From the NCBI RefSeq assembly GCF_001194135.2, contig NC_068998.1:7801130-7854295 (forward strand): a stretch of DNA of 53,166 nucleotides. The letters are read 5' to 3'. Shown one piece after another: positions 1 through 13,283 of the stretch. The translations under genes were made by a program, and so were the position numbers. Position 1 is the first letter of the stretch; the number at the start of each line of letters is the position of its first letter. The stretch is from Octopus bimaculoides (lineage: Eukaryota). The notes beneath the pieces are model-generated. The model saw nothing but the letters and a program-made list of their open reading frames with translations. It did not search any database and was not told where the DNA came from.

Positions 1-48
<48 letters not shown>
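1..48. repeat. (CA)n microsatellite
   Basis: Perfect CA dinucleotide run at the window start. Confidence 0.98.
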
Positions 49-51
<3 letters not shown>

Positions 52-127
52 TCAACTTATTTCAACTGGCAATTGAAGGCGCGTTTCAGTGATGATCTGA
101 TGAGAATTTCCTTTATGAGCAGAAGTC

Positions 128-184
128 AATATTCTTTGCTACTCTAGGTACAAGGCCTGAAATTTAGGGGGAAGGGACCAGTCG
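128..184 (-). mobile_element. SINE family B, 3' tail fragment
   Basis: aatattctttgctactctaggtacaaggcc...gaccagtcg closely matches the tail of the long family-B copy starting at 20853 (aatattcttttctactctaggtacagg...gcagtcg). Confidence 0.7.
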
Positions 185-399
185 TATGCATATGCATGTA
201 TGTATATATGTTTACCTGCATGTATAAATATATTCATGCATCTATGTATATATGACAGTAGTAGTTAGGCAGGTAGATTGTTCTGTAGTTAGGCACGTAT
301 GAAGGTAGATAGATACGTAGGTAGGATGGTATGTATGTATGTATGTATATATAAGATTGCACGTATCCTATGTCCATGTATTTAACACTATACGTATAT

Positions 400-436
<37 letters not shown>

Positions 437-1238
437 NNNNNNNNNNNNNNNNNNNNNNNNNNNNNNNNNNNNNNNNNNNNNNNNNNNNNNNNNNNNNNNN
501 NNNNNNNNNNNNNNNNNNNNNNNNNNNNNNNNNNNNNNNNNNNNNNNNNNNNNNNNNNNNNNNNNNNNNNNNNNNNNNNNNNNNNNNNNNNNNNNNNNNN
601 NNNNNNNNNNNNNNNNNNNNNNNNNNNNNNNNNNNNNNNNNNNNNNNNNNNNNNNNNNNNNNNNNNNNNNNNNNNNNNNNNNNNNNNNNNNNNNNNNNNN
701 NNNNNNNNNNNNNNNNNNNNNNNNNNNNNNNNNNNNNNNNNNNNNNNNNNNNNNNNNNNNNNNNNNNNNNNNNNNNNNNNNNNNNNNNNNNNNNNNNNNN
801 NNNNNNNNNNNNNNNNNNNNNNNNNNNNNNNNNNNNNNNNNNNNNNNNNNNNNNNNNNNNNNNNNNNNNNNNNNNNNNNNNNNNNNNNNNNNNNNNNNNN
901 NNNNNNNNNNNNNNNNNNNNNNNNNNNNNNNNNNNNNNNNNNNNNNNNNNNNNNNNNNNNNNNNNNNNNNNNNNNNNNNNNNNNNNNNNNNNNNNNNNNN
1001 NNNNNNNNNNNNNNNNNNNNNNNNNNNNNNNNNNNNNNNNNNNNNNNNNNNNNNNNNNNNNNNNNNNNNNNNNNNNNNNNNNNNNNNNNNNNNNNNNNNN
1101 NNNNNNNNNNNNNNNNNNNNNNNNNNNNNNNNNNNNNNNNNNNNNNNNNNNNNNNNNNNNNNNNNNNNNNNNNNNNNNNNNNNNNNNNNNNNNNNNNNNN
1201 NNNNNNNNNNNNNNNNNNNNNNNNNNNNNNNNNNNNNN

Positions 1239-1287
<49 letters not shown>

Positions 1288-1329
1288 ATGTGTGTGTGTG
1301 TGTGTATGTATATATGTATGTATATGAGG

Positions 1330-1405
1330 GGGCGTGTGTCTGTACGCAACACACAGTATGGTCTGGGAATCGAACTCTCAAACCCATGATTCTGAGCACG
1401 ACAAC
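1330..1405 (-). mobile_element. SINE family C, tRNA-like head fragment
   Basis: Minus strand reads ggttgtcgtgctcagaatcatgggtttgagagttcgattcccagacc, with B-box GAGTTCGATTCCC; similar to the head at 22427. Confidence 0.5.
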
Positions 1406-1982
1406 CAAGAGTGGCCCTTCATTTAACTCAACCCCAAGACCTGTAAAATACTAAGTTGTTTTCCACTTCCATTGTATTAATCATACTTTGCTACTGTTGA
1501 TCATACCACTATTGCAAGCATGGCAATTTTAGTGTTGTATCTGAAAGGTCTGCTAATAATACGGAGGCTGCTTCTTTAACTCAACAACAAAACATCGACC
1601 TACGTTATGTTCTGTTCTGTAAATCACAAAAGTTCTTCCCTATTTGTCGACCATTGAATTTCGTGCTGCTGCTGTTGTTCTTCAGATTCCAAATATCTCT
1701 GATGGAAAAGTGTTGAAGTTACTTTCTAAATTACTTGCTTCTCGCTTATATTAAAGTGTGATCTAAATTTATCTAAGATTGATATAAGATGATTCCCCGC
1801 GCGCCAGATTGACGTTATAATTATCTTTTCATTATACCATATACTTTGTATCTATTCTTCTCGAGGGCTTGCTTCATATGAGAAAGTTTAGCAAAGATTC
1901 CCTGCTCAACTATGATGCACTCTCAGGGAATGATGATAACTTTAGAAAGACTGTTCTGCCTACGCTCATTTATATCTATTAC

Positions 1983-1988
<6 letters not shown>

Positions 1989-2013
<25 letters not shown>

Positions 2014-2088
2014 AGAAAGTGTGTGTGTGTGTGTATACACGCGCGCACACGCGCGCACGTACACACACACACATACATTTATATAATA

Positions 2089-2141
<53 letters not shown>

Positions 2142-2213
2142 GAATATATCCGGTGTATATATATATTTATATATATATATATTGTGCCAAGGTATATTGT
2201 ATANNNNNNNNNN

Positions 2214-2275
<62 letters not shown>

Positions 2276-2598
2276 CACATATATATATATATATATATGC
2301 GTGTGTATATATATGTATATATGCACATATATGCGTACATACATCACACATACATACTCTGTCTATCTGTGAATCTATATATATATGTCTGTGTATGTAT
2401 GCTGTGCGTTTGTGTCTGTTGCGTATATAAGCATATATAGATATGCACATACATATATATGAATATATATATAAATATATATACATATATATATACGATA
2501 TATACATACTACATACAAATATATATTTATAAATAGATATATATGTATATGCATTTATATACATATATCTCACACACATATAGATAGATACATACATG

Positions 2599-2662
<64 letters not shown>

Positions 2663-2682
2663 TAAACTGAGAGAGAGAGAGA
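1989..2682. repeat. Compound (GT)/(CA)/(CT)/(TA)/(GA) microsatellite field
   Basis: Consecutive dinucleotide blocks with a short internal N-gap; explains the YIYIY/CVCV/HTHT ORFs. Confidence 0.95.
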
Positions 2683-3078
2683 AAGTTTTAATTGTTGAAA
2701 AGAGAGGAGTGAAACGATATTATTCTGGCGAAATAGCTATAAGATTAGAAAGTGTTAAAATTGCATCGATTTTCTGTTAAAGCTGTGAAGTGTAAAGTAT
2801 TGGGTTGTGGATCCTGGATAATGTGGAATTGTGGGATGAAAGGAAAAGCAATGGAGTGAAATGGCCCCGTTGATATTCATTGAGTTGAAGACGAGAGTTA
2901 ATGAAGGAGATAAATGAGAATTTTGAAGTGAAAGCTCATTGCAAATTGAAGTCACCGCCAACACCCTCAGCATTAAACGACGTCATTATCAACGTCATCA
3001 TCCGAATAAGCATTAACAAAACTCACCACGAATCTACTGGTCACCCACTATCGCTTCCACCCTTACCATCATTAACAC

Positions 3079-3173
3079 CATCATCATCATCGTCGTCGTC
3101 ATCATCGTCATCATCATCATCATCATCATCATCATCGTCATCATCGTCATCATCATCATCATCGTCATCATCG

Positions 3174-3222
<49 letters not shown>

Positions 3223-3410
3223 TATCATCACTGTCATCACCACTGCCAACACCATCGTTGTGGTCGTATTCATCACCATCACTACTTTTGTCACCACCAC
3301 TATCAGCACTACCACCACTACTTTCAGCATCAGAATCATTATCATCATTTTAAATATCAAAAACTACACCGCCATCGTCATAATCATCATCATTATCGTC
3401 ATCATAGAAC

Positions 3411-3447
<37 letters not shown>

Positions 3448-3452
3448 GACAT
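3079..3452. repeat. (CAT)n/(CGT) trinucleotide repeat with decayed CAC/CAT flanks
   Basis: Near-perfect CAT run 3079-3221 and a second run near 3411-3452; the poly-Ser/Met/Asp ORFs are its readouts. Confidence 0.93.
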
Positions 3453-3513
3453 CATCTTAAGAATTACCAACACCAATTCGGCTACCACCACAGCCATGTC
3501 TACAACCACCACA

Positions 3514-3637
3514 GGCGTAGGAGTCGCTGTGTGGTAAGTAACTTGCTTACCAACCACACATATATATATAATGTATGTATTTGTGTGTGTATATGCTTGT
3601 GTGTCTGTGTTTGTCCCCCCAAGATCGCTTGACAACT
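3514..3637 (+). mobile_element. SINE family A, internally deleted copy
   Basis: Head gtaggagtcgctgtgtggtaagtaacttgcttaccaaccac joined to a TA/TG tract, then gtgtctgtgtttgtccccccaagatcgcttgacaac, which matches the post-microsatellite segment of the minus-strand copy at 31524-31905. Confidence 0.75.
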
Positions 3638-3648
3638 AAACAATTAAA

Positions 3649-3919
3649 CAACGATTCAACGTCGATTCAACTGTAATACCGGTGGAAGTGCTTATTGTCG
3701 TTGAATATTCGTTGAATCTTCGTTGAATCGTCGTTGAATCGTCGCTTAATTCTCGTTGAATCGCTGTTTCATTGTCGTTGAATATTCGTTGAATTTTCGT
3801 TGAATCGTCGTTGAATCGCTGTTTCATTGTCGTTGAATTTTCGTTGAATTTTCGTTCAATCTTCGTTCAATCGTCGTTTTATTCTCGTTGAATCTTTGTT
3901 GAATCGTCGTTGAATCGTC
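3649..3919. repeat. 11-bp minisatellite (CGTTGAATcgt/att/ttt/ctt) with an inverted arm
   Basis: Tandem CGTTGAAT-core units 3698-3919; 3649-3671 (caacgattcaacgtcgattcaac) is the reverse complement of the unit. Confidence 0.9.
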
Positions 3920-4139
3920 ATTCATATTACAATCAACTGTAGCAGTTTTATTTACACTTTACTGTATGGAGTACATTATTTATTCAAAGGTAATTCAATT
4001 AAATTTGGGATTATATCCTCAATTAATACTATTATTGGTATTATTACTAAAATTATCTTAGTATCCTTTGCAAAAATATCATTGATTATCTCGATCATTA
4101 TTTTAACTAGTATAATTACTGCAGATAAAATCATCTTAA

Positions 4140-4241
4140 CCGTTAGCATCGATATCGTCGTCATCATATTCCTCGTCTCATTATCCTTAACATACTCATT
4201 AATAGCACTATCACTACCCTTACCATCACCATCGTCATCAT

Positions 4242-4272
<31 letters not shown>

Positions 4273-5286
4273 AGCAGCATTGTCACCGTCATCACAGATG
4301 AGATCACTAATACCACCATCGCAATGACTAGCACAGCGACTAACCACGACCNNNNNNNNNNNNNNNNNNNNNNNNNNNNNNNNNNNNNNNNNNNNNNNNN
4401 NNNNNNNNNNNNNNNNNNNNNNNNNNNNNNNNNNNNNNNNNNNNNNNNNNNNNNNNNNNNNNNNNNNNNNNNNNNNNNNNNNNNNNNNNNNNNNNNNNNN
4501 NNNNNNNNNNNNNNNNNNNNNNNNNNNNNNNNNNNNNNNNNNNNNNNNNNNNNCACCACCACCACCACCACCACCACCACCACAGCAACAACAACAACAA
4601 CAACAACAACAGCAACAAAAACATCAACAACAGCAAACACAATCACCAACAGTGCCACACACCAGCATCAACATCGTAAGCGACATCTGTACCACGGCCT
4701 ACACCATCACGTCTACTAACACCACTACCACTCCAGTTTAAACTACCATCGACACTACTTTCACTACCAGCACAAATACCAGTATCACACCCTACCAATT
4801 CAAATACCACTATAAGACTATTACCTGAACCCATACCATCTAAACAACCACTTGTGGTTTAGCAAATTACACCACCGTCAGTACTACAACCAATACCACT
4901 TGTACGGCTCTCACAACCACTACCACTGGCATCTCTAACAACACCGTCACCGCTATCCGCTTTATCACCGATGCTGCAATAAAAGCCATCACAGGCATCT
5001 TCGTGACCGCCATTACGACCAACAGCATCATCATCAGCATCACTATCTTCGAGATTGTTACACGCAATACGCAAAAATACTACTAACACCACCACTACCA
5101 CCATCACCACTACCACCATCACCATCACGAGCACCACCAGTAGTATCGACAATACACCGTCAGTAACATCACCGACACCAACTCCACGTACACCACGCCC
5201 ATCATTGCTACCGTCACAATACCATTACCGCCGTTCCTAGCATCGTCGCCGTCTTCCTCCGCCGCCTACTCCTCCTCCTTCTCACC

Positions 5287-5334
<48 letters not shown>

Positions 5335-5430
5335 GGCATCATCTTCATCCTCATCATCAATCTCATCATCATCATCAACATCATCATCATCGTCATCGTC
5401 CTCGTCACCGTCGTCCTCATCATCATCAGC
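4140..5430. repeat. Low-complexity trinucleotide domain: (CAT)n, (CAG)n, (CAC)n, (CAA)n and decayed ACC/ATC tract
   Basis: Successive triplet blocks, all C/A-rich on the + strand; the Thr-rich + reading is interrupted by stops. Confidence 0.85.
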
Positions 5431-8400
5431 AGCGGAAGCATTACAAGGTTGCATAACTCGACAAGTACATGCATACCTAATTAACATCCCATCGGCAATA
5501 ATTTTAGCAACGTAATCACTCCATCGTCATCGCCCTCTCCACCCCATTCCGTCTTCACCTCTCATGATCATGACTTTCATTTTCACTTTCACTTTCTCTG
5601 CCCCCTACCCCAATCCCTCCTCTGACCCCTATCACCTTCAAAACTATTTCCGCCAATCCACCCACACCGGCCCCGACCTCCCACACTCATAGAGGCATCA
5701 CATATGCACATAGAGGCGTCGCATACACATGTTCTCACATACATACACACATGCATGCATACACACATTCATTCATACATACATACATGCATCCATACCC
5801 CAATCTGCACATTTAATCAATGCATAAGCAGTCATGAGTGACTGTTTCATAGTGTTAACTAATGAATGGGTCACGAATCTAACGAGCCAAAAGGCCAAAA
5901 GTAATGAATGCATTGCCCTGTTGAACTCACGCAATTGCGTAGGCACATGCGCATACATAGGCGCATGTGTGCATATTCAAATGCACATGGGTACAGACAG
6001 AGCCATAGTCACATGAATTCATACATGCATGCGTTTGCAGAGATGCATGCAGAATGCAATATATTTATTTTAGTTTTCTGTGCAACTGTTACAAGCATTC
6101 CTTCTCACTCACTTCACATACGCTTGTCCTAAAAGCATTTAGTGTCTGTTGTTGTGCGTATGTCTGTGTTACTGTACGTGTCTGTATAGGTGTATGTGTA
6201 TGCGTCTGCTTGTGTATATTCATGACTGTGCGTGTTTATGTGAGTGTGTTTATGTATGTGAGCGGCTTAAGAGAAGGTTACACTGGCTATTATAATTACT
6301 TTATCCCTTATCTCAGAATCTGTAACATCGCTCTAATCCGACTCGTTTCGTATTTATTATCACAGTACGGCAATAGTTTCGTTCATGTCATTTCCATTAC
6401 GTCTCTGCCGTTATTGAAATCCGTCTCTAATCTAGTTGTTATCTTACAATCCATTCTTTAATTCTTTATCACTTGTTCCTTTTGAATCTTAACCGATATT
6501 AATCTTAACAGTTCACGTTTATCTGTCTAAACGAAGAACCAGATGTTCTTTAACGCTTCATTTATTTCCCGTTTAATGACCCCAAAAATTTATTTCCTCC
6601 ACATCCGCAATTCTTAACCTATGGAGAATATTCCTCACCAGTTTTTAAGAGAAATCTCTTGATTCTAGGGCAATTACAGAAGAGAAATTTTTCTGAATTT
6701 GAAAATTAAAACTCAAATTAAAATAAAAAATTAATTAATTAAAAATCAAAAATTTAAAATCTCTAACGTTATCCGCACTGTTCTTGCTAGACATGTCTCC
6801 CTTAACATAGATTTTTAAAGATGATAATGTTCGGAAAACCGGCCCTTTACTCTCTAACATTTACTATGTGTTTACACACAGTTTATCCTAGAGAAACATC
6901 TCAAAAAGGCTTGTCTGTTAAAAGTACAAAATGCATCGTAAGATATGGTGTTTCGACCACAGAATGGTCTACTCGGTGACGAATATCCTATATATACACA
7001 GAGATAGAGAGAGAAAGAGAGGGAGAGAAAGAGAGGGAGAGAAAGAGAGGGAGAGAGATTAGCACATTTTATTATATTGTATTGCATTGTCAAATATTGT
7101 GTAATGTTACATTATGTTATATAACACTATAATACATTGTATTTTGGGTTTCCGGGACGAGAAAAAACGCATCGTTAATCTAAATCCTGCTTGCTTTATA
7201 CGGCTACAAATGAATCAAATTCAAGTTTACTTGTTAAAGGAAATGAAACATCGATTACACAAAGCTTAATATATTCGTTTAAAAATATTACGAAAATAAC
7301 CGTAAATCTAAAATTAATCAAGGTATCATCTATATAATTAATGTAAAACATAAAATAATCGTGACTTGCATTCATGTATCACTACCGAAACTGTTGGTCC
7401 CACATTCATAATATTGTTTGATTTAAGTTATTTCCCAATTGAGTATTTTATTTTTCAGTTATGATACACTGTCCAATCAAAATTCGTCATTCCTTTTCAG
7501 TATGTAAAAGACATTTCTCCACCGACCAAGTAGACTTTAACAAACTGTTCTATACTGATGATATCTAACCGACTGAAACGTGTTCAAAATTGATCTGTTG
7601 CTTAAAGCACAAATCTAGAATCTGTCTGAAATGTTTTCCTTTAAATATGTAACAATAAATTATTAATGAATTTCTTAATTTCTGGTAATTATTTCCTTCA
7701 TATTATATTGGTTTTTATTTTTCTTCCTTTAAGAAAAAAGATTAAATGATTCTCTTTCTACATTTCCCAGTACGTAACGACATCATTTCATCATTTAGCT
7801 TTAAGAAAAGTTTGCTGATGGCTATAATAACCAGCAACTTTCCTCATAAAATTTCAGTCCAATATCATAAAGTAAGTAACCTTTAATGATAATGTTATTT
7901 AGATACCTATATTCCATCACCCGATAATATCCGAGTGCATATTTTACGCAGTGTGACACAGAAGCCGTTGTATTATGTTTAGTTTTTAATCCAGAGTTAT
8001 TCATAAGAACATTTAAATGAATTTCCCTTATGGTTTTCATTTTTGCTTCGGTTGGTCTATAATTTATTTGATACATTCTTTCAATTTTTAAATTTGTATT
8101 TCCAATTTTTGTTTGCAATTCAGATAATGACAAAATCATGGCAGCCATGATTATTCGGTAAACAAACAATTTGTCAAAAACATGTCCTCCCAGTAACGAA
8201 AATACAATGTCAATAAATAAATAACTTCACAGATCATGTACTTAGCTTTTTATCAATGCACTTTTAATTTCCGTCGTCTTTTTGTTATACGCTATATTAT
8301 TTATTGCGCAATTTTATCTGAACAAACCTGCACAAAGTTAAGCCACAAATGTTTCCGTTATTTTTTGCTATATTTGTTGAAAGTTTTCGTTTTTGTTCGT

Positions 8401-9235
8401 TGTTTCTGTGTCTCTATTTTTCTTTTCTGCGCATCCACTTCTAGCTTCAATAAATATTTATTCCAATAATGGATAATAAAACTGCGTGCAAGATTATAGT
8501 GAACACGGAGTGAAGATATTTTTTTTATTCTGTAACAACACAAAGTTCAAATGAATATTTTATAGTTCAGAATACAATTGAATTTTTGAATTGCCATTCA
8601 GGGGTGAAAAAAGCAAGAACGCAAAATAAATTATTATAGACACAGACATATGCATGAATGAATATAATGATATATATATATATATATATATATATANNNN
8701 NNNNNNNNNNNNNNNNNNNNNNNNNNNNNNNNNNNNNNNNNNNNNNNNNNNNNNNNNNNNNNNNNNNNNNNNNNNNNNNNNNNNNNNNNNNNNNNNNNNN
8801 NNNNNNNNNNNNNNNNNNNNNNNNNNNNNNNNNNNNNNNNNNNNNNNNNNNNNNNNNNNNNNNNNNNNNNNNNNNNNNNNNNATATATATATATATATAT
8901 ATATACATGTAGCTGCATAAGGCTTGTGTGCATTCTCTCTCAGACACACGCACCCACACACACACACGCACACACCCACACATGCATATATGATATATTT
9001 AAATACAGAAACATTGAAATTTCCATACATATGTAAGCATAAATATATATATTACATACAGCGGCGTGTATGATCATGAATAGAAGAATATATTACTCAA
9101 AGAAATTCCAACTCTGATTTTCACGTATTATTTACAATCATATTATAAAAGATAGCTTGATATAATGAAATGATAGAATATTAAATATCCATTCTAATTG
9201 AACTACTACTTTCATGCATTAAACTATGTAATCTT

Positions 9236-9307
<72 letters not shown>
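9236..9307. repeat. (GATA)n tetranucleotide microsatellite
   Basis: Perfect tagatagata run. Confidence 0.97.
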
Positions 9308-9308
<1 letters not shown>

Positions 9309-9555
9309 GGATGGACAGATAGATTTTTCCTGGGTTTAGAGGATGTGCTATATTCTATAGCGCCTGCAGGCTCTTTGAGATTACCGAGAATGCTCCATTA
9401 AAACTCTTGCAAGGCGTCTAGGCAATTTAAACGCGCAGAGAATAGAAGTAGGAAAGATATGTGTATCGGGAATCTGAATGATGGAGGCACGAAATCAACC
9501 AGTTCTGAGTAGCAGAAAAAAAAGTCCAGAAAAAGAACAAACACACACACATACA

Positions 9556-9599
<44 letters not shown>

Positions 9600-9620
9600 C
9601 GCTTTCTNNNNNNNNNNNNN

Positions 9621-9665
<45 letters not shown>

Positions 9666-10509
9666 CACACACACTCTCACACACACGCTCTCATACACGC
9701 AAATACACGTACGCAAACACCGATATAGGTAATCCCCTGTTGGTGGACTCCTGCTTATATCAAGTTGTTCATGCTTATCTATCGCTTTGGTTGCGAAAAT
9801 GCTTATCAATATGACTGTCACCCTTGCCTGCATCAATACACCACCGTCTATTTATGATAGTAATCGTTTTGTGCTGCTCTATGTAGATATACGGTTGTGT
9901 ATGTATGTCACACGCTTCTAAGTGTGTGAGAGAGTACGTGCCTGTGAGCTTGTGAGCATGTGAGCAAATTTACTTGCGTGTTTGAAATCACAAGATTTGC
10001 AACGCGAATATTATCTGTTCGTGGAAATAGCGGATTAAAAGTATTAATTTATGCCACTATATGAAGTCATACACAAAATATAAGCCAAAGCGATAATATA
10101 TATTCTCATCAGGCAATGCTTACAATCCATATCGAAATTGCTTCCATTTTGATTCATTGTTGACGTCTTTAGAATAGATATTCCTGTCCAATTCTAACAG
10201 ATATTGTTCGAGACCAGCCAACATTCGTGCTACGCACGCCGATCCTATATCACTCAAACAGTCTCAGCCGTTCAATATGGCATTCGCTGTCATAAATGTT
10301 CTTGCCATTTGTCAAGGCTATCTTTGGAAATAAATAGATTTGTGCAGTGATAAAAATCCTAAGCTTCTATGATTCCATTCATCATGAATACTAGAAGACG
10401 AGCTTATAACATGTGAATGATATTTGAACTTCCGTGGGGTTGCTACTGAAATTTCTTAAGTACATCTATTTCCGCCAAAATCTTCGATCTATACCAGATT
10501 TTCCCTCTT

Positions 10510-10540
10510 CCGCCTCCCCGCCAGTACTTTTCATTACTCA
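10510..10540 (+). promoter_or_regulatory. Possible core promoter: GC-box-like CCGCCTCCCCGCC plus Inr-like TCATTA
   Basis: Local GC island in AT-rich context, about 70-100 bp upstream of the candidate ATG at 10609. Motif-only evidence. Confidence 0.2.
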
Positions 10541-10608
10541 CACCAGACTACTCAAAGCAACTGTTTCTTACCCATCTCTTTTGCTTTCTCTAAATATCAA
10601 ACGCCAGC

Positions 10609-10681
10609 ATGGCTGTTTGGTTAACAAGTTCACTTTGCAAACACGAGATTCTAGTTTCGATTTTACTTCATGGCACTTCAG
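10609..10681 (+). CDS. Candidate first coding exon, signal-peptide-like (MAVWLTSSLCKHEILVSILLHGTS+G), phase-1 donor
   Basis: ATG in strong Kozak context (A at -3, G at +4); 24 open codons plus 1 nt; perfect donor CAG|GTAAGT at 10681/10682. No downstream partner exon identified. Confidence 0.3.
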
Positions 10682-10752
10682 GTAAGTATTTTTAATGTAA
10701 CTTCAGAGTTACCAATACTCTGTTAGAACTTATTAGACTGAAAGTATTCATG

Positions 10753-10824
<72 letters not shown>

Positions 10825-11165
10825 TATATGTACACAGACACACTTATATATAGATATGTATGTGTGTGTGTACATACATACATGTGGATCGTTGGCGGAA
10901 CCTATCACGGTTACCCCCTCCCTGTCATTGGTATACATTTTTAATTGTTGTTCGGTTTGGGAACACCATCGATTTATGACCTAACAATTGTGAACCCTTA
11001 CATTCTAGTCGCTATGTCATACGCTTTCATTTTTATTCACTATGAAGGAGTTTATATCTTATAGAGATTAAGAAATTAAAAAGAATAAGCCTAAACTGTG
11101 AATCGCTGGATGAATACTGAATGACTGAAACATGTAGAAGATAAAAAAATAAAAGATAAAGATAT

Positions 11166-11270
11166 GGTCCGGTGTTCAATTCCTGAACCTGCTGTGCCCT
11201 TCACAAAAAATCTTCATTGAGTTCGCGTTGATTCAGTTTACTCGCTTATAATGAATATTAGCCTGGGTTA
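11166..11270 (+). mobile_element. SINE family C fragment (degenerate)
   Basis: ggtgttcaattcctgaacctgctgtgcc B-box region, resembling the heads at 22427 and 1330. Confidence 0.4.
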
Positions 11271-11862
11271 TGTTGCATCTCTTTCTCCCTCCCTCTCACA
11301 CACTCTCTCTCTCTCTCTATCTGTCTATCTGTCTATCTATCTTTCTATCTATCAGTCTCATTTTCTCTCTCTCTCTCTCTCTCTCTCGAACAGTCCCATC
11401 CTGGATATTGCGCTGGGTCAAATTTTAGGAAACGAAGAAGAGCTAGAGGTCACCTAATACAATTAGCGAAAGCGTAGCAAATGTTTATCACATTACATTC
11501 ATTCGTGAGTAACGATTCACCGTAGATTAATTGTAATGACATTTTTACTTCCTTCAATCAACAGACACGCAAACAACAACGAATTTCGAACGGAATTTGT
11601 GCGATACCGGAAATATGAAAATTGATCGTTTACACGACATTACATATGTCACAATATACAATTTTGATGGTTCCGGTACGTGGAAATTGGCAATTTTCGT
11701 TACACTGGACCAGGCAGAATTAACTTTTCTGATTATCTTTGAAAAAAATTACACGCATGTCACGATACAATGCAACTCATTAACGGCCAGTATATTGGGC
11801 AGACGTATGTTAGTGTTTCTCTTCTTGGAGTCATGTGATATATAATTTACGATTCTTATTTC

Positions 11863-11915
<53 letters not shown>

Positions 11916-12754
11916 ATATATATATATATATATGTATGTATATATATATATATAAGATATATATATATATATATATGCATGTATGTATATATATTTATAT
12001 ATAAACATACATATATATATATGTATATACATACGTATATATAAGAGAACATACATCCGCAAAATTAGGTGTGTGTGTGTGTGTGCGTGCGTGTGTGTCT
12101 GTTTGTGTTTGTGTTTGTGTGAGTGTGTTCGTGCATTACCTTCTGTGATTGTATTTATTTTCGATCACTAAAATCCACGTCTCTCTTTCTGTTGAGATCT
12201 CTAGCGGTGTGAGATATAACGATCAATAAAATATCCACCTGGTTTTAAGAAATACTGATGCTGATGTGAATAGCTGCAGCTTTAAAAGCTGCGGATGCCA
12301 TGGAAGTCCTCTGTATGTCCGTTTATTAAATTCCTTAATTTCGCCGCCAACTTATTTGTTGACCTCTTCCGGATATTGGACTAACACAGTGGTGGAGCAG
12401 TCGTATGGATACCAGAACCATGTGATTCAAGCACCACTTCTCAACAACATGCTTAATTCTCCGAATATGATCTGTTGTCTGTGTAAGTCACACACGCGCA
12501 CACATACACGTCTACGCGAGCATATTGACATTGAATCTTCCTGCCAGACACTTATACGGCTTCGCTTTGAGTTTGACTACAGCTAATCACGTGCGCCCGC
12601 GCGCCCGCACACACACACACACATATACACACACGCACTCACACAATGTACATATCTCGTTCTTTCTTTCTCGCTTTTTATTTCTCTTCACATTCACACA
12701 AACATATACACACTCGCATATAAACTCATATGTCTATACACAAACGTATAAATT

Positions 12755-12793
<39 letters not shown>

Positions 12794-13240
12794 NNNNNNN
12801 NNNNNNNNNNNNNNNNNNNNNNNNNNNNNNNNNNNNNNNNNNNNNNNNNNNNNNNNNNNNNNNNNNNNNNNNNNNNNNNNNNNNNNNNNNNNNNNNNNNN
12901 NNNNNNNNNNNNNNNNNNNNNNNNNNNNNNNNNNNNNNNNNNNNNNNNNNNNNNNNNNNNNNNNNNNNNNNNNNNNNNNNNNNNNNNNNNNNNNNNNNNN
13001 NNNNNNNNNNNNNNNNNNNNNNNNNNNNNNNNNNNNNNNNNNNNNNNNNNNNNNNNNNNNNNNNNNNNNNNNNNNNNNNNNNNNNNNNNNNNNNNNNNNN
13101 NNNNNNNNNNNNNNNNNNNNNNNNNNNNNNNNNNNNNNNNNNNNNNNNNNNNNNNNNNNNNNNNNNNNNNNNNNNNNNNNNNNNNNNNNNNNNNNNNNNN
13201 NNNNNNNNNNNNNNNNNNNNNNATCACTTACGCACCCCCC

Positions 13241-13283
<43 letters not shown>

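Noticed and set aside
76-150. CTGATGAG at about 97 with a nearby GAAACGCG on the minus strand
   Set aside because: The two core halves lie on opposite strands and no hammerhead stems form.
2901-3360. Poly-Ser / poly-Met ORFs on both strands
   Set aside because: Direct translation of (CAT)n; no splice or start context.
10090-10115. Minus-strand CTGATGAG followed by a small hairpin
   Set aside because: GAAA is absent (gctt follows), so it is not a hammerhead.
11101-11165. ctggatga...gactgaaacatgtagaag, hammerhead-like with palindromic ACATGT
   Set aside because: The core has an extra G, stem I does not pair, and atgactgaaacatgtagaagataaaa..aaaagataaa matches the SINE-A tail (atgactgaaacaagtaaagag).
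12266-12586. 106-aa + ORF with a GTAAGT near 12483
   Set aside because: No recognisable domain, no good acceptor, and it runs into CA repeats.
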